From an uncultured Rikenella sp. (GTDB lineage: Bacteria; Bacteroidota; Bacteroidia; Bacteroidales; VadinHA17): a DNA stretch of 64,000 nt. The stretch covers positions 28,120 to 92,119 of the forward strand of contig CAZWOC010000016.1 of NCBI GenBank assembly GCA_964635655.1, read 5' to 3'. A program made the position numbers and the translations under genes. The notes under the pieces were generated by a model. That model was not told where the DNA came from. It saw only the letters and a program-made list of their open reading frames with translations, and made no database searches. Shown here in pieces: positions 30,936-39,160 of the stretch; position 1 is the stretch's first letter, and each line of letters starts with the position of its first letter.

Positions 30936-31010
30936 TCGGGATGCCGGGATTTGAACCCGGGGCCCCTTGCCCCCCAGACAAGTACTCTAACCGGGCTGAG
31001 CTACATCCCG
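30936..31010 (-). tRNA. tRNA-Pro (anticodon GGG)
   Basis: The reverse complement folds as a cloverleaf: acceptor CGGGATG/CATCCCG, D-arm GCTC/GAGT, anticodon arm CTTGT-CTGGGGG-GCAAG (U33, GGG, G37), T-arm CCGGG-TTCAAAT-CCCGG, discriminator A. CCA is not encoded. Confidence 0.9.
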
Positions 31011-31025
31011 TGCTTTTAAGCGGTG

Positions 31026-31033
31026 CAAAATTA
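31026..31033 (-). promoter_or_regulatory. Candidate -7 promoter element (TAATTTTG on the minus strand) for tRNA-Pro
   Basis: The reverse complement of caaaatta matches TAnnTTTG, 15 nt upstream of the mature tRNA 5' end. Confidence 0.45.
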
Positions 31034-31117
31034 ATTAACTATTCCGATTATCCAAAAAAAAGCTCAGGCCTGCTGTGCAGCCTATCTTCGGTAAGCATAA
31101 CAAGGAAAGGATTTATT

Positions 31118-31125
31118 TATATTTG
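31118..31125 (+). promoter_or_regulatory. Candidate -7 promoter element (TATATTTG) upstream of the DUF362 gene
   Basis: Exact TAnnTTTG match, 41 nt upstream of the ATG at 31166. Confidence 0.4.
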
Positions 31126-31165
31126 TTCGTCGATAAATTAAGTTATCCAATCACAGATTTAAACC

Positions 31166-32371
31166 ATGAATCAGGTCAACCGTCGTAACTTTCTCCGCCT
31201 GGCAGGAGCAGGAGCCGCTGCCGCTGCTGCAGCACCGGTAGCACAGGCAATGAACTCCGCAATTACACCTGCTGCAGGAGTCTCGAATTCTGAAACCGCC
31301 GCTAAGCAGGCTCAGCAGGCCAAACCTGCAACCAACATAGCAGACGCGGCAAAAATTGCCCGAGGACCAAATTCAATGCCGGGACTCTATCCTGGTCTTG
31401 TAGCGGTGGTTAAAAACACCCGGTCAGTGAAGGACAATGCCATCGTTGAACAGGAGGTTTATGACATGATCGCCCGCTCGATGCTGGAACTGACAGGTGA
31501 GAAAAAGCTGAAGAAGGCATGGCGGAAATTTGCAGGACCGGGTGAGAGAATAGGCCTGAAGGTTAACCCTGTGGCGGGCAAAAGCCTGAGCACAAGCCAT
31601 GAGGTTGTCAGGACCGTAATCGCCCAGCTTGAGGAGAGCGGAATAAAAAGATCACAGCTTACCATCTGGGACCGGCGTGAGTTTGAACTTACAGATGCCG
31701 GATTCACACAGGAGAATTACCCGGATATACGGATCGTCGGTACAGAACAGATGGACAAGGACGGCCTCTATTACGGTAAGGACGGCAAACTGTACGGTGA
31801 GCACATGATTGACCGTGACTGGTACTACTGGGCAGATGTGGAGGGTGAATATGACGAGTACACAATGCCGTACATGGTCAATGGCGGCAAGTATTCATAC
31901 TTCACTAAAATTATTACTCAGGAGCTTGACAAGATTATCAACATCCCCATCCTCAAAAATGCGGGGATGACTGTCACCCTTGCCCTGAAAAACCTTGCAT
32001 TCGGCTCTGTCTCCAACACCGGCAGGCTTCATGCACAATTGTGGAATGAGACCTGTGCACAGGTATGCGCCTTTGCCCCGGTACGTGACAAGGTCGTGCT
32101 CAATATCGTTGACGGTATCAAGGGCTGCTTCAACGGCGGTCCCGGAGCCAACCCGCAGTTCTTCTGCAATTATCATACAATAATGGCAGGTACTGACGCT
32201 GTTGCGGTTGACCGGATCGGATACGACATTGTCCTGGCAAAGAGAATAGCCGAAGGGTTACAGAAAGAGGGAACTCCGCAGGCCCTGGAGTTCATGCTCC
32301 AGGCAGAACGTCTGTCACTTGGAATTGCTGACAGGACAAAAATTGAGTTGAAGGAAGTTGTACTTGGTTAG
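31166..32371 (+). CDS. Tat-signal (twin-arginine) exported DUF362-like protein
   Basis: The N-terminus MNQVNRRNFLRLAGAGAAAAAAAPVAQA is a textbook Tat signal (RRxFL plus an A-x-A cleavage site). The body has the IGLKVNPV and VVLNIVDG segments remembered from DUF362. Confidence 0.65.
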   Translation: MNQVNRRNFLRLAGAGAAAAAAAPVAQAMNSAITPAAGVSNSETAAKQAQQAKPATNIADAAKIARGPNSMPGLYPGLVAVVKNTRSVKDNAIVEQEVYDMIARSMLELTGEKKLKKAWRKFAGPGERIGLKVNPVAGKSLSTSHEVVRTVIAQLEESGIKRSQLTIWDRREFELTDAGFTQENYPDIRIVGTEQMDKDGLYYGKDGKLYGEHMIDRDWYYWADVEGEYDEYTMPYMVNGGKYSYFTKIITQELDKIINIPILKNAGMTVTLALKNLAFGSVSNTGRLHAQLWNETCAQVCAFAPVRDKVVLNIVDGIKGCFNGGPGANPQFFCNYHTIMAGTDAVAVDRIGYDIVLAKRIAEGLQKEGTPQALEFMLQAERLSLGIADRTKIELKEVVLG

Positions 32372-32385
32372 AAGCAGTGTTTGGA

Positions 32386-33186
32386 ATGAAGAGATTTTCG
32401 CCTGTAATAATGTCGGCTGCAATGGCAGCGCTTATTACAGTATCAGCAGGGGCTCAGTCAAACCTCTTTCCACGGGCTCTTTCAGGAATGAACGGGGTGG
32501 AGTCAGCACAAAGCCGCACTTTTACTGAAACATCGCTTTACGGTTACATTAACGGTGGCGCTGAGTTGTATCTTGAATACGGATTTGACACTCTTTTAGT
32601 GACCGAGATAGTCATTGAGGGTAATGACATCAAGTCCGAGATCTACCGGATGAAGGATCCGGAGGCTGCATTCGGTATTTTCTCCGTTTCACGCTTCCGG
32701 TGCAATGGCGGTGAGAAGCTGACGGAGCACCTCTGTAGTTCAGCTTACCAGTTGCAGTTCTGCAAGGGCCCCTATTATGTAAGCATTATAAATGATACCG
32801 GCAGTGAAGCTGACCAGAAACGGTCAGCTGACCTCGCAAGGCTGATCATAGAAAATATTGCTGAACCACCTTTCAACCCCGGCGCTTTCTATGCCGGGAC
32901 CGTTGACGAGGAAACCATGCGGGGAGCCGTGCTTGTAAGAGGGCCTCTCGGTGTATATAACGGCATTCCTGTCCTGTCAGAGAAGCTTGGAAAGGCAAGT
33001 GAATACAGCGCCCTGCTTATAAGACACGGTCAGGACACAATCGCTTCACTCCGCTTCAACAGCGAAAATTCGGCAGAGCGGTTCCTGAGTAACCTGAAGT
33101 TGTCAACCAACAATAAAACCAGTGCACTGAGCAGTGACTCAACTGTTTCAGTGGTATCACCCAGACACATTATAGTAACTTTTTAA
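32386..33186 (+). CDS. Exported hypothetical protein, likely partner of the DUF362 protein
   Basis: The ATG at 32386 gives the signal peptide MKRFSPVIMSAAMAALITVSAGAQ. There is a 14-nt gap after the DUF362 stop. It contains the segment LYGYINGGAELYLEYGF. No family is assigned. Confidence 0.6.
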   Translation: MKRFSPVIMSAAMAALITVSAGAQSNLFPRALSGMNGVESAQSRTFTETSLYGYINGGAELYLEYGFDTLLVTEIVIEGNDIKSEIYRMKDPEAAFGIFSVSRFRCNGGEKLTEHLCSSAYQLQFCKGPYYVSIINDTGSEADQKRSADLARLIIENIAEPPFNPGAFYAGTVDEETMRGAVLVRGPLGVYNGIPVLSEKLGKASEYSALLIRHGQDTIASLRFNSENSAERFLSNLKLSTNNKTSALSSDSTVSVVSPRHIIVTF

Positions 33187-33206
33187 TTGTACGTTCAATT
33201 TATTGC

Positions 33207-33214
33207 TATTTTTG
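33207..33214 (+). promoter_or_regulatory. Candidate -7 promoter element (TATTTTTG) upstream of trxB
   Basis: Exact TAnnTTTG match, 25 nt upstream of the ATG at 33239. It lies inside the TTG-initiated ORF-track extension, which supports the ATG start. Confidence 0.45.
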
Positions 33215-33238
33215 CGTCTCGAAACCAAAGATAGCATT

Positions 33239-34231
33239 ATGCAGTTTTTCAAACCGCTCGAAACGGCAGGGGAAGAGAAGAATCAACCTGCCACAGCCAC
33301 AGAAAAGGTAAGATGTCTTATTGTAGGCTCAGGCCCGGCAGGGTACACTGCTGCAATTTATGCAGCCCGCGCCAACCTGAAGCCTGTGCTTTATACCGGG
33401 CTGCAGCAGGGCGGACAGCTTACAACCACCACCGAGGTTGAGAATTTCCCGGGTTATGCCGAGGGTGTCACGGGGCCTGAGATGATGGAAGACCTCAGGA
33501 AGCAGGCTGAGAGGTTCGGAACAGAAATACGGTTCGGCATCGCCACCTCTTCGGATTTCTCAGGCAAGCCTTTGAAGGTGACCTTTGACAACAGTCTTGA
33601 GATAGAGGCAGAAACAGTTATAATCGCAACAGGCGCTACCGCGAAATACCTTGGGATACCGGCTGAAACAAAATATGCCGGCATGGGTGTATCAGCCTGT
33701 GCTACATGCGACGGCTTCTTTTACCGCGGGAAGGATGTGGCTGTAGTCGGGGGAGGAGACACTGCATGTGAAGAGGCAAGCTACCTTGCCGGTCTTTGCA
33801 GGAAGGTTTACATGATTGTGAGACGTGATGTGCTCCGTGCCAGCAAAGCTATGCAGCACAGGGTGATGACCGCTCCAAATATAGAGATCCTGTGGAAGTG
33901 CCAGGTTGAGGACCTTTTCGGCACACAGGGTGTTGAAGGCGCGGTGGTCGTACGGGGCAGGGGAACACCTGAAGAGTCGAAGTTCAATATTGGCATTGAC
34001 GGATTCTTCCTTGCGATAGGGCATACGCCGAACTCAGAGGTGTTCAAGCCATGGATTGAAACAGATGAAACAGGATATATAATTACAGAACCGGGTTCGA
34101 CACGCACCCGTGTACCGGGTGTCTTCGCCGCAGGCGACGTGGCTGACCGCGTATACAGACAGGCTGTTACCGCTGCGGGAAGCGGTTGTAAGGCAGCCAT
34201 AGACTCTGAACGTTATTTATCAGAACTGTGA
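33239..34231 (+). CDS. trxB: Thioredoxin-disulfide reductase
   Basis: FAD motif GSGPAGYTAAIYAARA, redox-active CATCDG, NADPH motif GGGDTACEEA, and C-terminal GDV..R.YRQAVTAAGSGC. Confidence 0.95.
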   Translation: MQFFKPLETAGEEKNQPATATEKVRCLIVGSGPAGYTAAIYAARANLKPVLYTGLQQGGQLTTTTEVENFPGYAEGVTGPEMMEDLRKQAERFGTEIRFGIATSSDFSGKPLKVTFDNSLEIEAETVIIATGATAKYLGIPAETKYAGMGVSACATCDGFFYRGKDVAVVGGGDTACEEASYLAGLCRKVYMIVRRDVLRASKAMQHRVMTAPNIEILWKCQVEDLFGTQGVEGAVVVRGRGTPEESKFNIGIDGFFLAIGHTPNSEVFKPWIETDETGYIITEPGSTRTRVPGVFAAGDVADRVYRQAVTAAGSGCKAAIDSERYLSEL

Positions 34232-34274
34232 ACAGGATATTATTAATACTTTAAAAGGGGGATAAACGCTTATC

Positions 34275-34661
34275 ATGCGAAACTTTAGAAAAACATTTAA
34301 CATAAACGCCGAACCTTCAGATATTTACGCGGCACTTACAAATCCTTATACAATTGAACTGTGGTCGGGTTACCCGGCTGTAATGCCTGCAAAGGCAGGG
34401 GAGGAGTTCAATATGTGGGACGGGGATATCTGCGGACGGATAATTGACCTTGTGCCGGACAGGAAGGTTGTCCAGGAATGGTACTTCGGCGACAGGGAAC
34501 TTGAATCACAGGTTACAATCACTATTAACGGCAACGGAGGCGGAACCGTGGTCACGGTTGAGCATACAAATATTCCGGTAGAGGATTATGAAAATATTGC
34601 CGAGGGTTGGAACGAGTATTACATGGGGGCCATCAGGCGGTTTTACAATCCCAATTTCTGA
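34275..34661 (+). CDS. SRPBCC-superfamily protein (AHSA1/START-like)
   Basis: 128 aa with the AHSA1-like pattern (ELWSG..., GDICGRIIDLVPDRKVVQEW, TVVTVEHTNIP, AEGW). Confidence 0.7.
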   Translation: MRNFRKTFNINAEPSDIYAALTNPYTIELWSGYPAVMPAKAGEEFNMWDGDICGRIIDLVPDRKVVQEWYFGDRELESQVTITINGNGGGTVVTVEHTNIPVEDYENIAEGWNEYYMGAIRRFYNPNF

Positions 34662-35335
34662 TTCTTCACAATATCACGCACATCTTCGAGTCCGCCCGTA
34701 ATAAGGCCTGAAATACCGGTGTAACATTTGGTCCTCGACTTTTCCGAGACAGCCTCTGCCCATCGTGGCAGCCATGAAAGCATTTCATCGTTTATGAAAG
34801 CGAGCAGGTCACGGCCGATCATTGCTTTGATCTCATAGTCATCCTCTGTCAGGTATTTTTCGATCAGAAGGTTGACAAAGAGGAGCTGAATGCCAAGATG
34901 GTCAGCCTCCAGGCCGGACTCTTCGCTTAGCCCGTATCCGTATCTTTTGTAAATGTTGCCTATCTCACGGATATGATCTTCGGCTGAAATCCCGGTTTTC
35001 ATCCAGCGGGATGCTGCAGGATAAGCCTCTGAATCCAGGTGGCCGCCAAGCAGTGAGATGTAATTTTTGTCTGTTGCAGCATGACACTGTTGTTTCAACG
35101 GACAGGGAGATCTGAGAAGCCTGCTGGCCTGCTCAAAACGGCTGTTGGTGCTTTCCAAAGGCAGGTTCCTCAGAAAACCTGCATCACACAGATGAGGAAG
35201 GTCACTTTGGCCTGGTGTCATTGAAACAGATCCACCGAGGAAGAGAAAAAGTGCTGTATAGGCCTGAAGAAGCTCATCAGGTGTATTGGTGCTTTTTATG
35301 CCGACTGGCATCATGTTGTCAGATTTGGTATTCAT
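34643..35335 (-). CDS. TorD/DmsD-like redox-enzyme maturation chaperone (tentative)
   Basis: 230 aa, cytoplasmic-looking and all-helical. The motif EADHLGIQLLFVNLL resembles the conserved E-x-DH-(I/L)..L.F motif of the TorD family. The assignment rests on this motif only. Confidence 0.4.
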   Translation of the reverse strand: MNTKSDNMMPVGIKSTNTPDELLQAYTALFLFLGGSVSMTPGQSDLPHLCDAGFLRNLPLESTNSRFEQASRLLRSPCPLKQQCHAATDKNYISLLGGHLDSEAYPAASRWMKTGISAEDHIREIGNIYKRYGYGLSEESGLEADHLGIQLLFVNLLIEKYLTEDDYEIKAMIGRDLLAFINDEMLSWLPRWAEAVSEKSRTKCYTGISGLITGGLEDVRDIVKNQKLGL

Positions 35336-35427
35336 TCCACAAACGTGATTCTGATAAAAAAGTTCAGAAACGAATGGAACAAGGCATCTTCTTATTCAAA
35401 AACGAGGTGTCACAACACCCTGCAGCA

Positions 35428-38241
35428 TCAGAAATCATCCCTGGCATTGCCGCGAATGCGGAAATTGTACGAAAATACGAAAAGAGGCCGTCCGAAGATG
35501 CTCATCTCATATCCCCTGATAATACCGTCTTCTGTTCTGAAGAAGACTGAGTACGGGTTATAACGGCCAAGTACATTGTAAACGGTAAACGTTATTGATG
35601 AGTGGTTTAACTTGACGGCTTTCAGGTTGCCGTTGAGGGTGGCGGCAAGGTCAAGCCTCATGTAATCAGGGATACGGTACTCATTTCTGTCTGAAAAATA
35701 AACCTGGTGCATGTCGTCATACCAGTAGAAGGCAACAGGATAGGTTACAGGTCTGCCGGTATTATATACAAAATTGCATGTCATGTTGAATCTTCTCGAG
35801 AAGCGGGAATTCAGAACTATCTTCAGGTCATGCGGTTTGTCATAATCTGCCGGGAAATAATTTCCGCCGTTGACTTTTTCAATATCATATTTTCCGTCAA
35901 CCTTGAGAAAAGTCCTGGAATAGGTATAGCTGAGCCATCCGGTCAGGTCGCCGCTCTGCTTTTTTATCATGAACTCAATGCCGTAGGCTTTGCCGTCAGC
36001 CCTTATTACATCGGTTTCAAGGTGTTCGTTCATCAGCAGGGAAGCACCTCCCTTGTAATCGAGAACATTCCTGAGGTCCTTATAGTAAGCTTCAAGGCTG
36101 GTCTCAATCGCCTTTCTGCCCAGGGTGTGGTACAAAGCCAGTGATACCTGGCCACTTCTCTGAGGTTTTATATACTGGTCACTTAATTTCCATGTATCTG
36201 TAGGTGAGATGGATGTTGTGTTGGAGATCATATGAATGTACTGGAATACCCTCTGGGCTCCCATTTTCACTGACAACTGCGGAGCGACGATAAGCCGGGA
36301 TGAGAACCTGTATTCAAGCCGGGGATAGACCTTCAATACTTCTCCCCTTTGGTAATAGACCGTATCTGAGATGGTTGATTCTGAAAGCGGGAGTCCTTCA
36401 AGGTAGTGAAATACCTGCCTGGGTCCGAATGAAGTAAAGAGGGTGGTGCGGAGTCCCGCTGACAGAGACAGCAGAGGAGTAACCTCATATTCATCACTGA
36501 GGTAAAATGAGGGTTCCAGGGCTCTTTCGTCCTGTATGGTTTTCAGTGACACCGTCGAGTAGATTCCTGATGGTTTTAACCTGCCAGGCATCAGTGAATA
36601 AAACGTTGCGTCTGTACCGAACTCAATCTTATGTTTTACTGAATGATAATAAAGGAATTCTGCACGAAGGATATTCTGATTGAGCTTGTAGTTCATTGTG
36701 CCCGACAGGGCTGAGTCGTTCTTTGTGTCGAGCCTGTACCAGTAATTGCTCAGAATTGCAAACAGTTGTAATGAAAACTCCTGGGAAAATTTATGGTTCC
36801 ATTTCAGAGTTGATGCCAGGTTTCCGTAGTAGAAAGCCCTTTCCTTGTAGTAGTCAAAGTTGTCGTTGCTCAGATAAGCGCTCAGGGTGAGGGTGTTTTT
36901 GTTATCAACCTCAGTTGTGACAGAACCCTGGAGGTCATAAAACCGTGCCGAGCTGTTCTTCAGTCTGTAATCGCTGAGCAGGTCAAGTATCCAGTCTGAG
37001 TATGTTGTTCTGGCTCCGGCAATGAAAGTGCTGTTGATCTTTTTCAGCGGTCCTTCAGCCATGATCCTGCCTGTCATCGGGCTTATTCCCCCGCTGATCT
37101 TTACCTTCTCACTGTTGCCTTCAGCGGGGATTATCTCAAGGACTGAAGAAAGCCTGCCGCCGTATTTTGCCGGCATACCACTTTTATAGAGTACAACATC
37201 ACTTACCATGTCAGAGTTAAAGGCAGAAAAGAATCCGAAAAAGTGGGATGGATTTATTACAGGAGCATTATTCAGAAAAACCAGGTTCTGGTCAGTACTG
37301 CCGCCCCGGACATTAAAGCCCGCCGATGCCTCCCCGACGGTCTGCACCCCGGGCAGCAGCAGCGAGCTCTTGAGCACGTCGGCTTCGCCAAGCCCCATGG
37401 GTATCTGTTTAAGCATCCTGATGTTGATCTTTTCAATACCGGTCCTGACATCCCTGACGTTGCTTCGGCTGCCTGTTATTACAACAGCCTCCACCTCACT
37501 TGTGCTTTCCTCCATAGTAACGTCAAGGGTTCCGCTGGAATGAATCAGGACATTCCTCCTGGTTGATTTCATGCCTATCATCCTGAAGTCGATCTGGTAC
37601 TGGCCTGCCGGAAGTGTCAGAGAATAATAGCCTGCATCATTTGTCATTACTCCGGTTCTGAGCTTCTCAACATAGACGATCACACCACCAATATGTGAGC
37701 CGTCACTTATGTTTGTAACGTTACCTGACAGCACGGCAACGCCTCCCTTTTTGCCTGACACCTGGCGACCGATCCTGAAAAGCCGGAATTCTTCACTGAT
37801 GCCGGCTTCCGCCACCGGTGACGGTGCCTGAAGCTGCAGCGCAGCTTCAGCTTCCCCGGAGACCCTTGCCAGATGATCAAGGTATACCTCCCGGAAGTTT
37901 GTCTTTACTGCATAGCCCTTCGTAAGTATTACCCGGTTGTCTTCCGTGATGAAAAAAGAGAATCCGTCCTTTCCCAGAGTCTTATTCATCAACTGATTAA
38001 ATGAAAAATTGTCAGAATTGACAGATAGTGTAAGTGAATCTGTCCATTTATCGGAATAAAATATTCTGACGGGAACAATGCTTTCAACCGTGTCAACGAA
38101 CTGACTGAATAGTATACTGTCAAAGCGTATGCTGATCCTGTCTTCCTGGCCAAAGCTCATAAGATACGAGGGAACAAGGAGAATAACAATCAGTAAGATC
38201 CTTATCCGTTTAATCCTTTTCTTCATCAAGTGTACGCTCAT
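35428..38241 (-). CDS. TonB-dependent outer-membrane receptor with N-terminal STN-like signalling domain and carboxypeptidase-regulatory-like domain
   Basis: 937 aa with a signal peptide. STN-like segment (ISIRFDSILFSQFVDTVESIVPVRIFY...FFITEDNRVILTKG). CarboxypepD_reg-like segment (GNVTNISDGSHIGGVIVYVEKLRTGVMTNDAGYYSLTLPAGQYQIDF). Plug region (VVITGS...QTVGEASAGFNVRGGSTDQNLVFLNNAPV). Long beta-barrel ending in a terminal F. The start could alternatively be 38226. Confidence 0.85.
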   Translation of the reverse strand: MSVHLMKKRIKRIRILLIVILLVPSYLMSFGQEDRISIRFDSILFSQFVDTVESIVPVRIFYSDKWTDSLTLSVNSDNFSFNQLMNKTLGKDGFSFFITEDNRVILTKGYAVKTNFREVYLDHLARVSGEAEAALQLQAPSPVAEAGISEEFRLFRIGRQVSGKKGGVAVLSGNVTNISDGSHIGGVIVYVEKLRTGVMTNDAGYYSLTLPAGQYQIDFRMIGMKSTRRNVLIHSSGTLDVTMEESTSEVEAVVITGSRSNVRDVRTGIEKINIRMLKQIPMGLGEADVLKSSLLLPGVQTVGEASAGFNVRGGSTDQNLVFLNNAPVINPSHFFGFFSAFNSDMVSDVVLYKSGMPAKYGGRLSSVLEIIPAEGNSEKVKISGGISPMTGRIMAEGPLKKINSTFIAGARTTYSDWILDLLSDYRLKNSSARFYDLQGSVTTEVDNKNTLTLSAYLSNDNFDYYKERAFYYGNLASTLKWNHKFSQEFSLQLFAILSNYWYRLDTKNDSALSGTMNYKLNQNILRAEFLYYHSVKHKIEFGTDATFYSLMPGRLKPSGIYSTVSLKTIQDERALEPSFYLSDEYEVTPLLSLSAGLRTTLFTSFGPRQVFHYLEGLPLSESTISDTVYYQRGEVLKVYPRLEYRFSSRLIVAPQLSVKMGAQRVFQYIHMISNTTSISPTDTWKLSDQYIKPQRSGQVSLALYHTLGRKAIETSLEAYYKDLRNVLDYKGGASLLMNEHLETDVIRADGKAYGIEFMIKKQSGDLTGWLSYTYSRTFLKVDGKYDIEKVNGGNYFPADYDKPHDLKIVLNSRFSRRFNMTCNFVYNTGRPVTYPVAFYWYDDMHQVYFSDRNEYRIPDYMRLDLAATLNGNLKAVKLNHSSITFTVYNVLGRYNPYSVFFRTEDGIIRGYEMSIFGRPLFVFSYNFRIRGNARDDF

Positions 38242-38995
38242 AGAATCGCAGGACTGATGTTACCGAATGCTTATCCGCACGTTTTATTCTGATTTTATTT
38301 TCTGAGAGGAAATGGCTTACTTCTTTCGACCTGCTTCCGAAGAGCAACAAAAAGTCTTTCCTTCCACTTATCATCGAATAATGTTCACCGGTTTTTGCAA
38401 AGCCTATGGGTTTATACGAGTATTCATCTACACCCTGCAGTTTATAGTGAACAGACACGTGTTTAATCAGGTACTTACAGAATCCGTCATATGCCACTTC
38501 ATAATATCCGTCTCCCAGGTTGAACCCCGGCTCTGTCGTGGCCGAGAAATACCTGAAAACGAGAGTGTCGCCCATAAAGAACAGTTTAAATCCGGGGACA
38601 TTGTCACTGTTAAGTGAAACCTGGTGGACCGTATTGTCAAAAACAAGACTGTTATCTGTACATATGACTTCGTCCAGGTAAGTGTCATACTGAAGGTCAA
38701 TTTCCGTGTACTCCCTCGTCCGGTATATCAGCGAAGCCGTTCGCTCTTCACCGGCTCTGAGGAGGGGATTGACAGCGGATCGGTAGTAATTCTGTCTGTA
38801 ATCCTTTCCGTTTATAAAATCCTTTTCAATTCCAGCTTCAGCAACATAAAGCGAGTCGAGATCACTCAGCTGTTCATTTGCCATCATTATAAAGAAGCTG
38901 CTGTTATCTGCCATTACAGGCAGATCAGATGCCTGGGGTGATACCCTGACCGCAAGCATCATCATCATCAGAGTCGTATAAATGGTCTTTGTCAT
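38210..38995 (-). CDS. Exported hypothetical protein (261 aa) upstream of the TonB-dependent receptor
   Basis: Signal peptide MTKTIYTTLMMMMLAVRVSPQA. No recognisable motif. It overlaps the receptor ORF by up to 32 nt, suggesting co-translation. Confidence 0.6.
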   Translation of the reverse strand: MTKTIYTTLMMMMLAVRVSPQASDLPVMADNSSFFIMMANEQLSDLDSLYVAEAGIEKDFINGKDYRQNYYRSAVNPLLRAGEERTASLIYRTREYTEIDLQYDTYLDEVICTDNSLVFDNTVHQVSLNSDNVPGFKLFFMGDTLVFRYFSATTEPGFNLGDGYYEVAYDGFCKYLIKHVSVHYKLQGVDEYSYKPIGFAKTGEHYSMISGRKDFLLLFGSRSKEVSHFLSENKIRIKRADKHSVTSVLRFYERTLDEEKD

Positions 38996-39023
38996 ATAAA
39001 CATGAAACCTGACAGAGGGAAAA

Positions 39024-39031
39024 CAAATTTA
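39024..39031 (-). promoter_or_regulatory. Candidate -7 promoter element (TAAATTTG on the minus strand) for the 261-aa protein / receptor operon
   Basis: The reverse complement of caaattta matches TAnnTTTG, 29 nt upstream of the start at 38995. Confidence 0.45.
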
Positions 39032-39129
39032 TACTTTAATAAGCATTTTCAGCCGGTAATCGGGTCCCTGCGGCCAATTATAAGCAAATTAATAATAAAT
39101 TTAGGCAGTGCCAAAATCATTTCAATTGA

Positions 39130-39137
39130 TAAGTTTG
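39130..39137 (+). promoter_or_regulatory. Candidate -7 promoter element (TAAGTTTG) for the divergent DUF4249 operon
   Basis: Exact TAnnTTTG match, 24 nt upstream of the ATG at 39161. Confidence 0.45.
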
Positions 39138-39160
39138 TCATTTGACGGACACAGTTTAAG

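Noticed and set aside
29400-31010. Possible genomic islet integrated at tRNA-Pro (orphan regulator, small ORFs, non-coding stretch next to a tRNA)
   Set aside because: There is no integrase, recombinase or transposase gene, and no direct repeat of the tRNA 3' end was noticed by eye. At about 1.5 kb the block is too small and gene-poor to call a mobile element.
31196-31250. GC-rich trinucleotide-like repeat (gcaggagcaggagccgctgccgctgctgcagca)
   Set aside because: It simply encodes the poly-Ala h-region of the Tat signal peptide (AGAGAAAAAAAP) and is not an independent DNA element.
35215-35563. Two small plus-strand ORFs (111 and 72 aa) in the gap between the TorD-like gene and the TonB receptor
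   Set aside because: They overlap the 5' end of the TorD-like gene and the 3' end of the receptor gene on the opposite strand. They have no motifs and a biased composition, so they are treated as chance ORFs.
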